From the human T2T-CHM13v2.0 reference genome, Homo sapiens: a DNA stretch of 64,000 nucleotides. Positions within the stretch are counted from its first letter, which is position 1, and each line of letters starts with the position of its first letter. Below are positions 1 through 42,600 of the stretch, in pieces. Both the position numbers and the translations under genes were made by a program. Location of the stretch: assembly GCF_009914755.1 (NCBI RefSeq), contig NC_060929.1; one strand, 5' to 3'. The notes below the pieces were generated by a model. The model was not told the DNA's origin. It worked only from the letters and a program-made list of their open reading frames with translations, and did no database searches.

Positions 1-249
1 GTAAAATTTCTCAGTTTACTTTTAGCTGAGATTCAGGCTCAAGGATATAGAGGCCTGAAATGTCAGTAGAGATGGGTTTAGTACTCTCAAAGAGTTATTT
101 ATTGTACTGTCTGGCAGTGCTTGTAGTAGGCAAATAATTTTGTTCTACTTGGATTCTAATTCTAAAATACTATTTGAAAAATGTCCTAAATTCAAATTAT
201 ATTGTGGTTTGGGTTCATGAGACTAGAATTAAGAATATTAAGAATATTG

Positions 250-1278
<1,029 letters not shown>

Positions 1279-1423
1279 GATTTCTTTATTTCTTAGTGAA
1301 TACTGGTGAAAGGAAAATATGATGTAAAACACTGAATTATTATGAATTATCAAATATATTCTGTCAGAATTTGTTTTGAGATCTGTGACTCAGTATGATT
1401 TTTATTCTTTTTAACAATTTCAG

Positions 1424-14849
<13,426 letters not shown>

Positions 14850-15261
14850 GTTAGAAGGTCTTTACTCTTTAGCCTTGTTTAAGAAACCTATGACCTTGGA
14901 AGAACCATGGGGATTTTTTTTTAATGTGCCTAAGAAATTTTCTCTGAGGCTTTAGCAATGGAAATTTGATTGCCCATTGTATAAGAACAAATTGATTTCC
15001 TATCCACCTGATTATGTTCTCTGGTTAGTTTAGCCATTTTGAACTTAAGATCATATGACCTTAGTGCTTTTGGCTAAACATACAGAATACTACTTGTATG
15101 CAGAAGAGAATTAGTTGATTACATGTTTCAACCTTTTAGGGTGATAAATACATGTATAATTGTTTACATACTTAAAAGGAAAAAGTTGAGTAAATTTCTT
15201 GTCATATAGTGGCTCTACGTAATGTAGCCTGTATTAATGTGAAATATTTACCAGAATATTC

Positions 15262-15267
15262 AATAAA
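15262..15267 (+). terminator. ANKHD1: ANKHD1 polyadenylation signal
   Basis: AATAAA ~410 nt after the stop, with GT-rich sequence downstream. Confidence 0.75.
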
Positions 15268-17602
15268 AAGATGAACAGTCTTTAGAAGTGGGGTGTGATC
15301 CTTTCAGTGGTCATGCAGGTACCACTCAATCCACATTATATTGAACCAGATGGTTAATACTATATTTGTAACAGGCTTCTCACATTTAACACTTGAGTCC
15401 CTTCTTAGACTGCCTTAAAAAAGCACTTTTAAGACTATTTACCTATTTATTCTGTGTTAAACATTCCTTGTTCCCTTGTTGTCTTCCATAATCCTTTAAC
15501 ATATGAGAAAGTTTCAAGCTCTGGCAATGTGTCTTATCTGACTTTAGCTAGCAGATAGGCCACTGATAGGTTTTTTCTCTATGGATCATGAGAATGTCAA
15601 TAAGAACAATTGGATTTAAATCAGATGACACTAAACAAATGTAGGGACACCCAAATTATCAACTTCAGGTTCCTTCTGTGCTTCCTGACCTTTTTTATCT
15701 GAAAGATTTGTCTGGTTATAGATATTTTAAGCTTTATATGAGTTGGGACATAAGGAGGTGACTCCTGTCATTCTGTTGTATTATTGAATCAGCTGAGTAA
15801 TATTTATAAATATGTGAGTAATTCCAGGCTTAGTTCCATGGCCCTAAGCATGGAGAGTCAATATGTTTAACAAGCTAAACAGAGGAACCCTGGAATGGGC
15901 TGCTTTGGCCAAACCATAGGCTATGCCGAGAATCAGCATAGAGAAGGAAAAGTTATCCCACTGAAAAGTATAGTCATCAACTTATTTGTGTTTTAATATA
16001 GCTGAATTTTTCCTGGTCAGTATAGGCAATACAGAAAAGAAAACAAGAAAATGTTTGGAGCTGATGGAGAAGCCAAAACTCATATCAAGGCAAAGAAGGA
16101 TGCACAGAGAAAGAGTAGTAACTAGGGACAGAACTATATTAGCAGCACCTTTCTACACTTATGCCAACAGGAATTCTTAATTTTCTCTGCCCAGGTCCTA
16201 AAGCCAGGACCACATCAGACACACCATGTTTGTTCTGTGTCAGATATACCTGCTTCTTTAATCTTCTATATCATCTTACATATGAGAAAGCTTCCTTAAT
16301 TAAGCTTATGTCTTATGTTTTGTTTTGAATGGATTTTGAAAGTGTTGTTTATTGAAGCTACTACTTTGTAGTGATTGATAACCACATCAAGTATCATTAA
16401 GGGGCCCCTTGACCTTTGTGGGGGCAGTTGGGTGGGGCACAAAAGACTCCTTGGATCACCTGTGTATCTTGCTGTTTCCACTTACCATTAACAGCAACAA
16501 GAAAAATCACCTAAAATTGGTGAAATGAATGAAACTACTCTTGATGAAATATATACTAGTGAGAAATAATATTAAATAAATTATTCAGTGGGACAAAAAG
16601 GTGAGTTTTATTCTATCTTAACTGTCTACAATACATTTGAATTGTCTGGAGGAGCCTTAAGTCCATATTCTGCACCTTGAGGACAACCAAATGAGAAATT
16701 TTATTTCAGGTCAGTAAGTAGAATTTATGAAGAGAAAGGAGATAATTATGAGGAATCCCTAGGAAAATTGGGAGGAAAACAACAGTTGTATAGTTGGGAG
16801 TAGTTCTTTAGGATACGCTCCTCCCTTCCTTCTTACCAGCACTTCCTTCCTTTCTTTCTGACTATTTGGATCCCAGTAGCCTGCTCCCAACCTCATTTCA
16901 CCTGCTAAATCTCTTCTTCCTCTGCCTGCCTCTTCCTGGCACTACTTTACTGCTATTTTACCAACCTGAACATTTGGATAAAACCTAGCTCAGGTAAGAA
17001 CTTAATTACTTTCAAAATATACAAGGGATATGGGAGGAGACAGCATGGATACAGTGGAGCAGTAGTCAGTAGTCAGAGCCTAAATTCTATTTTCATTTCT
17101 GCCGCTTGAAGCTTTATGGCCTTAGGCAAATCATCTCACCTTTCTGGGTTTCACTTTTCTCATCTGAAATTGAACTCAAGAGTCTTCTAGTTCTAACACA
17201 GGATTTCTTCTTGTGAATGAGAATATAAGATATGGAAATATTTGAAGCCATTAGATTGTTTACAGTGCTGAGATTTGAGAGCCCCTAGCATTGGTTCTGA
17301 TAAGGAATCGAAATAAATCCTGCCATTATTATGGGGGCCAGTATTGAGATTTTAGTGGAGGCAGAAGAAGACCTTGCACATCTTTAGTGAGCCTTCAAGT
17401 TGTGAAGAAACATCCTGCTAAGGTATAGATCAAACCCAGTGAAATGAAACTATAGGAATGAAACTACATCATCAAGGTTTCTGGACCCACTTATTTCAAC
17501 TTGTGTTCAATGTAATAAAATTCCGCTACCAATAAAATTATTAATGTTTGAAGACCCTTTAAACCTATTGTGGCTACAGTGTGCTGACTTGCCCTTTTAT
17601 AG

Positions 17603-17712
17603 GCCAGTCTGCTTCCTTCAGTCCCTGCTCTCAAAGGGGAAATCCCATCACCTCAGCTAACCAGACCGAAGAAGAGAATTGGACGGCCGATGGTGGCCTC
17701 TCCTAACCAGAG
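17603..17712 (+). CDS. ANKHD1-EIF4EBP3: Intergenic exon of the ANKHD1-EIF4EBP3 (MASK-BP3) read-through transcript
   Basis: cccttttatag| acceptor, AG|gtaaga donor. Phase-0 entry from 14514 gives ASLLPSVPALKGEIPSPQLTRPKKRIGRPMVASPNQR, continuing into EIF4EBP3 exon 2 in an alternative frame to TGA 24665-24667. Confidence 0.9.
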
Positions 17713-17832
17713 GTAAGAAATTTCAGGACTTGGAACTACGGTTTCCCTCTCTTCATGTAGATTCTGGCCAAGTCCTCCCCACAATCCGAAAACTAGTGCA
17801 AGAGAGGACCATCCTTAGTTTAAGTTAACTTA

Positions 17833-22638
<4,806 letters not shown>

Positions 22639-22949
22639 TTGTACTGTTACTGTTTATGGGAGGCAGTACACAGCTGGGCTTAAGGGCACAGTCCTGGAAT
22701 CAGATGCAGTCAGATTTGAATCCCAGCTTCCCTTCCTGCAAGATGTGTGACTTTGGCTAATCATAGTGCTTTACTATCCAAAAGTTGGCAAGGAATGGGT
22801 GAACTAATACAGGATAAAAACGCTTGCCCTACTTCACCTGCCCCCAGCTCCCGGCTATAAACAGTAAATAGCTGAGCTGCTGCAGCACTCAGGCAGGTTG
22901 GCCAGCGCTGGGCCAGCAGGAACTGGAAGCTGGTGTGGGGCCTGGGACT

Positions 22950-23760
22950 TTGGACGCATTTCCAGCTTTCTCTGAACCGGGCTGGCTTCCTAGCAGATAG
23001 GGCGGGACCGTCGGGTTGAGTGACGGCCGGTGGCCCGCCCTGGGCGTGACGTTGTTCTAGTGTTGTTGCCAGCAGCTGCACGTGGTCGGCTGAGTCCGCC
23101 TCAGACTCAGAGCTGCGCTCCTCGACCTCAACGCCAGGCGGTTACTTTGCTGCTCCTCCCGCTCGCTATGTCAACGTCCACTAGCTGCCCGATTCCCGGG
23201 GGCCGGGACCAGCTGCCCGACTGCTACAGCACCACGCCGGGGGGCACGCTATACGCCACTACCCCCGGAGGTCAGCGGGCCGGGCAGGGGTCCGCAGGCT
23301 GCGGACATATTAGCGCGTGCGTGTTGTTGCGGGGCGGGGGTAGGGGAGGGACAGACCTAAGACTTGTCCGCAGGCCCCTCTACAGGTTGTAGCTTTGGGG
23401 GAGAATGTTTGGAGCGGAAGCTCAGTTCCCAAAAACTTCTAAGTGATGCAACAAGGCCATGAGCCTAGCTTCCGGGTGTTTGGGCTGTAATCCTTCACTG
23501 TGGCCTGGGTTCTTGGCGCCTTACACACGCTCCTTACCCCTCGCGACTTTGCTTCCTAGGAATAGGGGCCAGGGCCCCCTACTGAGCGTGACCTCAGCCG
23601 GAAGCACCGGGTCTTGAGAAGTGGAGTAGTTAGAACAGTTGGGGCAGTTGCTCCGTTTTTGTGCTGCTGGCTGGCGTCTGTTTGGTTGGGCGAGCAGCCT
23701 GGGATCACGAGCTGCTGGGCTCCCGACCCAGGGATTCCTGCCACGCGGAAGCGGAGGGGA
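22950..23760. promoter_or_regulatory. CpG island / promoter of EIF4EBP3
   Basis: CpG-dense; GC boxes; E-box CACGTG at 23079-23084; spans the first exon; limits approximate. Confidence 0.75.
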
Positions 23761-24692
23761 GGAACAGGGCAGGACCCTTTGAGGACATTATGCGGGCCAA
23801 GTTCCTCTGAGCTAGTGTGAACCTTATAGGACCTGGGAGGGGTCAGGATTAGAACAGTACGTTTCTCCTCCCTGCAGGAGATAGCCCAGGTAACAGCACT
23901 GGGTGGAACCCTTCACAACTGCTATTTCACTTCTTGAACCACCTGAGGCTGTTAGTCTAGGTCTCACCTTCATTGGTGAGACCAAAGCAGAGGTTTCAGA
24001 GTGGTAGAGGAGCAGCATGAAGTACCTGAACTCAAAGTTTGGTGTTCCTCTTAGAGCCAAGATCTGAAGCTCTCCCAAACATAAAGCCCCTGCCTATACC
24101 AGCTGGGATGCCCCCCTTGCTTTATACCCACATCTTGGTTAGGTCTGGAAGATTTTAAGCACTATGAAGGCTTGTCTGCTGAGAACCTAGCTGGGCTTCA
24201 GAGCCGATGTCCTTTGATACACAGGGAAATTTGACACCACCCTCACCTCCAGGCCCCAAAAGGCCTGAGTCTGGGACCCCAGTCACCTCGGTACCCAAGC
24301 TCCTGACTCTTACCTCAGTCCCAACCCCTTGACAGGCACCAGGATCATCTACGACCGAAAGTTCCTGCTGGAGTGCAAGAACTCACCCATTGCCCGGACA
24401 CCCCCCTGCTGCCTCCCTCAGATTCCCGGGGTCACAACTCCTCCAACAGCCCCTCTCTCCAAGCTGGAGGAGCTGAAGGAGCAGGAGACAGAGGAAGAGA
24501 TACCCGGTAAGGAAAGCAGGAATTAAGAATTGTCCCAGCCTTTGAGTTCAAATGCCACTGTGACACAGTGCGGGGGTTCAGTTCCAAGAGGGGTTTCTGC
24601 ACTGATGCTGAGCCTGCAGATCCTCAGACCAGCAACCTGTCTTCCTGCCTTTTCTCTCTCCAGATGACGCACAATTTGAAATGGACATCTAA
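23168..24692 (+). CDS. EIF4EBP3: eIF4E-binding protein 3 (4E-BP3), 100 aa
   Basis: Exons 23168-23270, 24336-24506, 24664-24692 total 303 nt. Contains TTPGGT phosphosite motifs, eIF4E-binding YDRKFLL and C-terminal TOS motif FEMDI. Confidence 0.97.
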
Positions 24693-24988
24693 TCCAGTGC
24701 AGATGACCTGGCATGTGGAGTTACAGAGGGATCCCTCATGCCACTGCTGCCACCACCTCTTCCTGGGGCATCCAAAGGCCAGCTGGCCTCATCTAATCTG
24801 GAAGGGAGTGACTTGTTAGTTCCAGGCCTCCTTTAGTTCTGAGGCAGCTAGACCAGGGATAGGAGTGGGCAACTTGCCAAGCCCTTAACTCTACTTCCTC
24901 TTCAGTCTGTGGTACTCCTCCTAACCCTAAACCCTCTATGCTCAGGGGCTGGAACTGGGGAATGGAGTAAGTCACCTTCTGACTGCTT

Positions 24989-24994
24989 AGTAAA
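24989..24994 (+). terminator. Probable EIF4EBP3 polyA signal (variant AGTAAA)
   Basis: AGTAAA ~300 nt after the stop; no canonical AATAAA nearby. Confidence 0.5.
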
Positions 24995-25950
24995 CATTCA
25001 AAGAAATGCCTTGGCTCCAGTGTTCTCCTCAATGCTGATTTTCTCATCTCAGCCACACAGCTGAAGGCCCTGGCAGGCCTGGTTAAGCTCAGAGGCCTCA
25101 GATCATTCCCAGCTCCCACCAGGCCCACTTCCAGCAGCAATTAGAACCTGAGGCACGCTACAGTGGCAGGTTACATGAGCCTCCAAACCATAAACAGCAA
25201 TAGCTTGGCCACTGCCAAGGGCTGTTCCTGTCTTCCCAGGAAGCAGCCTTCCTGGAACCAGGGCCCCCCAGCAGCCCCTCCCCTATCCATTCCAAAGCAG
25301 GACTCTTGGAAAAGAGGTGCTGTCCCAGCCTATAGCCATCCTGTCTCTCCCTGTGCCTTTTCTGCTTCCCACCTCTAAGCACCAGTTCCTCTATTCCAAC
25401 ACCAAAAACCTTGTACCCTTCTCACAGCATGATAGTCCACCAAGTACCTCTCTCAAAGGGTTACAAGAGACCTTAGAGTTCACACTGAAACCCAAAATGA
25501 GGCAGCAGTTTGTTTGGCAAGTCAGAGTTACAATCCCCAATCTCAGTAATCTGGTCTTTTTCTCCTTCGATTTACACAGAAAACCCCACTCAATGTGGTT
25601 CTAATCTCTGTAACAGTAGTATCTCAAGGGTGATACAGTGCAAATAGGACTGTCTTTCCTTTTGTTGAGGGAAAAGTCTCCCCGTTCTATTTGAGTCTGT
25701 TCTCATGCTGAAATGAAACCATCCAAACACAGCTGCTCCGCCCAGCACAGGATGTGCTTTCAGTCTACTTTGGGAAAAAGTGGTAGGCAGTAGTCTGACT
25801 TTACCCAGCAGATCCCTTCCTGATGAATGGAGAAGGGAGAACAGAGGTTTGCAGATACACAGGGAGCAGGGCAGTCGAGGACACCAGAGGGGACTAGCTT
25901 GGCACCGGAAGGGTTCATCTCTCCTACCCAAGGCCCACCGCAGAGATGTT

Positions 25951-25956
25951 TTTATT
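25951..25956 (-). terminator. SRA1: SRA1 polyadenylation signal
   Basis: tttatt on + (AATAAA on -) ~175 nt past the stop. Confidence 0.75.
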
Positions 25957-26129
25957 GAAATGCATGTTATGAGTAACACATGAACTCCCTCTGGCCCAGG
26001 TGGGACTTCTTCCCTCATAGGTGGGTCAGGCCCAGTGGGACAGTCTTGGTGGTGGTAAGAAGGGAGCCAAGTGACAGAAGGTCTCCAAGGCATAGGAGAT
26101 GGTGTCCGGTGAGTCTGGGGAACCGAGGA

Positions 26130-32883
<6,754 letters not shown>

Positions 32884-33716
32884 CTCCACTTCCGCTTGGC
32901 CAGCGGGGCAGCGCGTCATTTCCGGGGCGGCCCCTCACGCGGGCCAGTTGAGACACGTCCAGGGCCAGGCGGGTTGCCGGAATCCGTGGAGGATGGATGC
33001 TGGTTCACAACCGTCGGGAGCCGCTGTGGGGACCCTGCGGCAACTCCCTAAGACTCGAAGGCTCCATCTAATGAACCATCAGGGCCCTGGTCACAAGGCA
33101 CCAAAGGAGGTTGCTGTCCAGGAGCCAGTGCTCTAGGAGGCCTCATCCTCTCAGGAGCAAATTCAAACAAAGAAGCTCCTGCCCCACATACACCCCGCTG
33201 TGATCTAGCCAGGTTGACTTCTACAGCCTCCTCTTGCATTGCCCTGCACAATCTCCACATTCACGTCCGGTAGCCTCACTAGTACTCATCTTCCTTCAGT
33301 TCTCAGTTCAGATGTCAGTTCTTCAGGAGGCCTTCTGGAATGTCTCAGGCCAGGTTAAGTGTCTCACTTGAGCTCCCACGACCCTACAACCCTCTGAGAT
33401 TTCGTAGGTGTATTACATCACATCTTCTGCCTTATTTGACTCTTGTTCGTTTCCCTGTCGGACAGTCTTAGAAGGTGGGACCTTGACTATTTTATTACAT
33501 TCCCAGTGCCCAGCTTAGTGCCTGGCACAGGGAACTCCTTAGAAAATATGTTTGTTGAATGAAGTCAGATCTCCATCACACCCATGCTGTCATGTGACTA
33601 CAGAGAGCCACCAACATCAAGCACAGACACAAAGACACTCATCTCACACAGGGTGTTAGCCCCCAGCCCTGTCCCAGGCCCAATATACTCACATCCAGTG
33701 AGGTCACTGAGGGATT

Positions 33717-33722
33717 TTTATT
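33717..33722 (-). terminator. APBB3: APBB3 polyadenylation signal
   Basis: tttatt on + (AATAAA on -) ~300 nt past the stop. Confidence 0.75.
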
Positions 33723-34015
33723 TGCACTGATTTTGCTATAAAGTGTTACTGAGGTAGAGCCAACTGTCCAGGGTTGGACAGGGGCAAGGAACACAAGGAC
33801 CCAAGGAAAGGGGAGCCAGGGTCCTACGTTGTGGTGCAGTGCCTCCCAGTCATCCGTATAAACAATAAATTGGGCAATAAATAGACGGTGGACAAGGATC
33901 GGAGGGACAGGCAGAGAAGGCTTCAAGGAGTGACAGGCTATAGGCCTTGAGGAATAAAACGGTACAGAGTTAGGCATGGACCCAGAGCCTACTTCCCCAG
34001 CCTTCCCAGATAAGT

Positions 34016-39676
<5,661 letters not shown>

Positions 39677-40274
39677 AACCCCGGCTGCTCCCCGCCAGCC
39701 TCTGCCGGCCCGCACTCTCAGCCCAGCGCGACCTCTGGAGCTACTGCGCCTGCAAGCCCAGCCTCTCTGCGCCGCAGGCTGCGGGGCCAGCTGGCGCCGC
39801 ACAAATACGGGGCGGGACACGGGGCGGGACACGGGCCGGTCCCGGGGGAGGGCCTGAGCCGCACAGCCCGCCCAGGGGTGGTGCGTGTAAACGGGCGTCT
39901 GGATCCCCGAATGGTTGCGTGTTTCCGTGTGTGGGTCCGGGGGAGGCCCACGAACGCCAGCGAAACCGCTGACACCACCGCCCAACTATGAACTCATCAG
40001 GCGCCTGAAGACCGACACGCCGAACATGCGCCGCGCGCACTCGCGCACGAGTGAGATCATCGCGCCCCGGTCGTGAGTGCGCTCACACGCAGCCTGAGAC
40101 TCGACGGGAGGGGGTCACGTGGAAGTATCTGAGAGAGGCGTACTTGGCCACTAGGAAAGCACCTCCCCCTTTCCAAAAATGCTCCGGAAGTGCCTTCGCC
40201 CTCCGTAAAGATGGCCGGGGCAGTCGGCACGAGGGAGGCGGGGATGCGCCTGCGCAACAAGTTCGGCGGGGAAG

Positions 40275-42193
40275 ATGGCGGATGACAAGGTGAGTGGCCG
40301 TGGGGGTGATCTGCAGCCGGGCGTGGTCTTCACTCTCCTTGACCTTTTTAGTTCCGGGGAGAAGCGACTCTGGAGCGGCTCAGGAGTGAGGATGTCCCTT
40401 GTTTCTTCTGCGGCTCCTGTCAACTGCCTCAACAGTGTGGAGTGGTGTGGGGAGAGCATTCGGCGAGGCGGGAGGAGCCGTGGATCCCCCAGATGTCCCC
40501 TCCTGGGAACCATCACGAACCCGTTACTAGCACAGACTCAAAAACATTCACCCTTAAACACTCCTGACTTTACCCCATTCCCTAGCTCCCGAAATTTTCT
40601 TCCCAGTGACACGATGTTTCCAATCACACGGACACTCACACCACCCTCATTCAAACACTCCTTTGCATACACTCTGAATTTCATACTTATATGCGATCAA
40701 AATCACTCAGTCCATTTACTTACACACTTGCCGACAGTCTTTTTTGTCATTCTCAGTCACATCCAGTCACTCACATTCAGTTTGGGATGTCCTTGGGAAG
40801 AAAGAGGTAAAGCCCATCCAGGAACCAAGACAATAAAATTGTCCAGGAAACTGCCTCGGTCCATTACTCACCATTGGTCTAGAAGCTCAGCATTACCCAC
40901 ACATTTACTAAATGTCAGGCACTAGAACATAGTAGCCAAGACAGACTGGTCACGACTTTCAAGGAGCTCATAATGGAGTCAGTAGTGGTTTCCTGATGGA
41001 CCTAATTAAAGGTCCCTAGCTGTCCCTCCTGCCTTTCCTACATACTGCTTGCTATATAAAATTCTTGTCAAGGTTGATGTAAGTTACTGGTTCAGATCCC
41101 ATCTGTCAGTCCCTTCCTGGCCCTCATTTGAATTCTGTGCTTTTCAATGCTTTTCTTTCTTTGCCACTGCCATCTCAGGAAGCTTTTATAGGAAAAGGTC
41201 TTTCTGGCTCACCCCATCCCCTCCCAATTCCCAGCTTCTGATGGAATTGAGCAAGGGGTGGGGCTTAGTCAGACTGCTGGAGCCAGCCTCTCGCTTGTCC
41301 TAGGATTCTCTGCCTAAGCTTAAGGACCTGGCATTTCTCAAGAACCAGCTGGAAAGCCTGCAGCGGCGTGTAGAAGACGAAGTCAACAGTGGAGTGGGCC
41401 AGGTAAGGACTGTCCCACCCCACCCCTGCCTTAGGCTTTATTGCCCAACATGCTCTTGAGAGTGTTAAATGGATGGTAGAGATTTCTTCAGCAAGTGATT
41501 ATTGAGGGCCTATTCTCAGTCACCCTAAGGACAATTTTTCTGAATGGCACATGAACTAATATCTTAAGTAGTGGTTAAGTAGGTGAAGAGGGGAGGAAAG
41601 AACATTCCAGGCAGAACAGCATATGTAAAGGCCTTGTGGTAGGAAGTAGCATTATAAACATGAGGGGTGAAAGGAGGTCCATTTGGCTACAGTAGTTGGG
41701 GAGCATGCTAGGAAATGAGGCTGGAGAAACCGGCAGGGCTAGGGGCATCTCTGACCTTGTGTGGCGGTGGAGTTCTATGGTTGGAGCTTTCTGACCCCAG
41801 GGTTCTGAGATTGTGTGATCAGAACTGCTTGGTTCTTTTTCTGGCCCCAGAACCTTGGGAAAAATCTGGAGAAAATACCACGGTTGTCCAGGGTGAGGAG
41901 GAGCTGGTGGTGGAATGCTCTAATCCCAGCTTGAGTAGCCCCTGGACAGTCAGGAAGGAGCCTAGCTAAGTTTCCTTCTGCATTTTTCTCTGCAGGATGG
42001 CTCGCTGTTGTCCTCCCCGTTCCTCAAGGGATTCCTGGCTGGCTATGTGGTGGCCAAACTGAGGGCATCAGCAGTATTGGGCTTTGCTGTGGGCACCTGC
42101 ACTGGCATCTATGCGGCTCAGGCATATGCTGTGCCCAACGTGGAGAAGACATTAAGGGACTATTTGCAGTTGCTACGCAAGGGGCCCGACTAG
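40275..42193 (+). CDS. SLC35A4: SLC35A4 upstream-ORF microprotein (SLC35A4-MP / AltSLC35A4), 103 aa, spliced
   Basis: Exons 40275-40289, 41304-41402, 41996-42193 total 312 nt, all phase 0. Strong Kozak aagATGG. MADDKDSLPKLKDLAFLKNQLESLQRRVEDEVNSGVGQDGSLLSSPFLKGFLAGYVVAKLRASAVLGFAVGTCTGIYAAQAYAVPNVEKTLRDYLQLLRKGPD*. Confidence 0.9.
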
Positions 42194-42600
42194 CTCTAGG
42201 TGCCATGGAAGAGGCAGGATGAGCAGCTCAGCCTTCAGGTGGAGACACTTTATCTGGATTCCCCAGCTGTCATCCATTTGCTATCTCCAACTTTCCTGCC
42301 ACCTTCATCCTTGCCTCCCTTCCTGCAGATTGTGGACAGTAGTTCCTCAGCCTGCACCCTGGATTCCTTCTTCCCCTTCCTAGCTCCATGGGACTCGCCC
42401 CAAGACTGTGGCTTCAAGGACCACCAGCCCCTTACTCTTCAAGCCCTGACTGTGGAGTTGGTAGATGCCTCTGATCCTCAGTATTCTCTCTGGCAATGTT
42501 CCACGGCTTCTCCTTCCTGGGAGCTGGCTCCATAACTTGATTTTCCCCAAACGTGTTGCAATCCCTGCTGCCCCTTAGCCACCCAGGGTCTTGTGTGGGT

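Noticed and set aside
40275-40925. 216-aa ORF starting MADDKVSGR
   Set aside because: Read-through of the strong AAG|gtgagt donor at 40289 into intron 1; the spliced 103-aa ORF explains the start
42200-42535. 111-aa open stretch in frame with the uORF, a possible stop-codon read-through
   Set aside because: Two stops intervene (TAG CTC TAG), it has no ATG start and no recognisable protein features
42553-42600. 16-aa N-terminal extension of SLC35A4 in the ORF track
   Set aside because: It starts at a GTG; the first in-frame ATG is 42601
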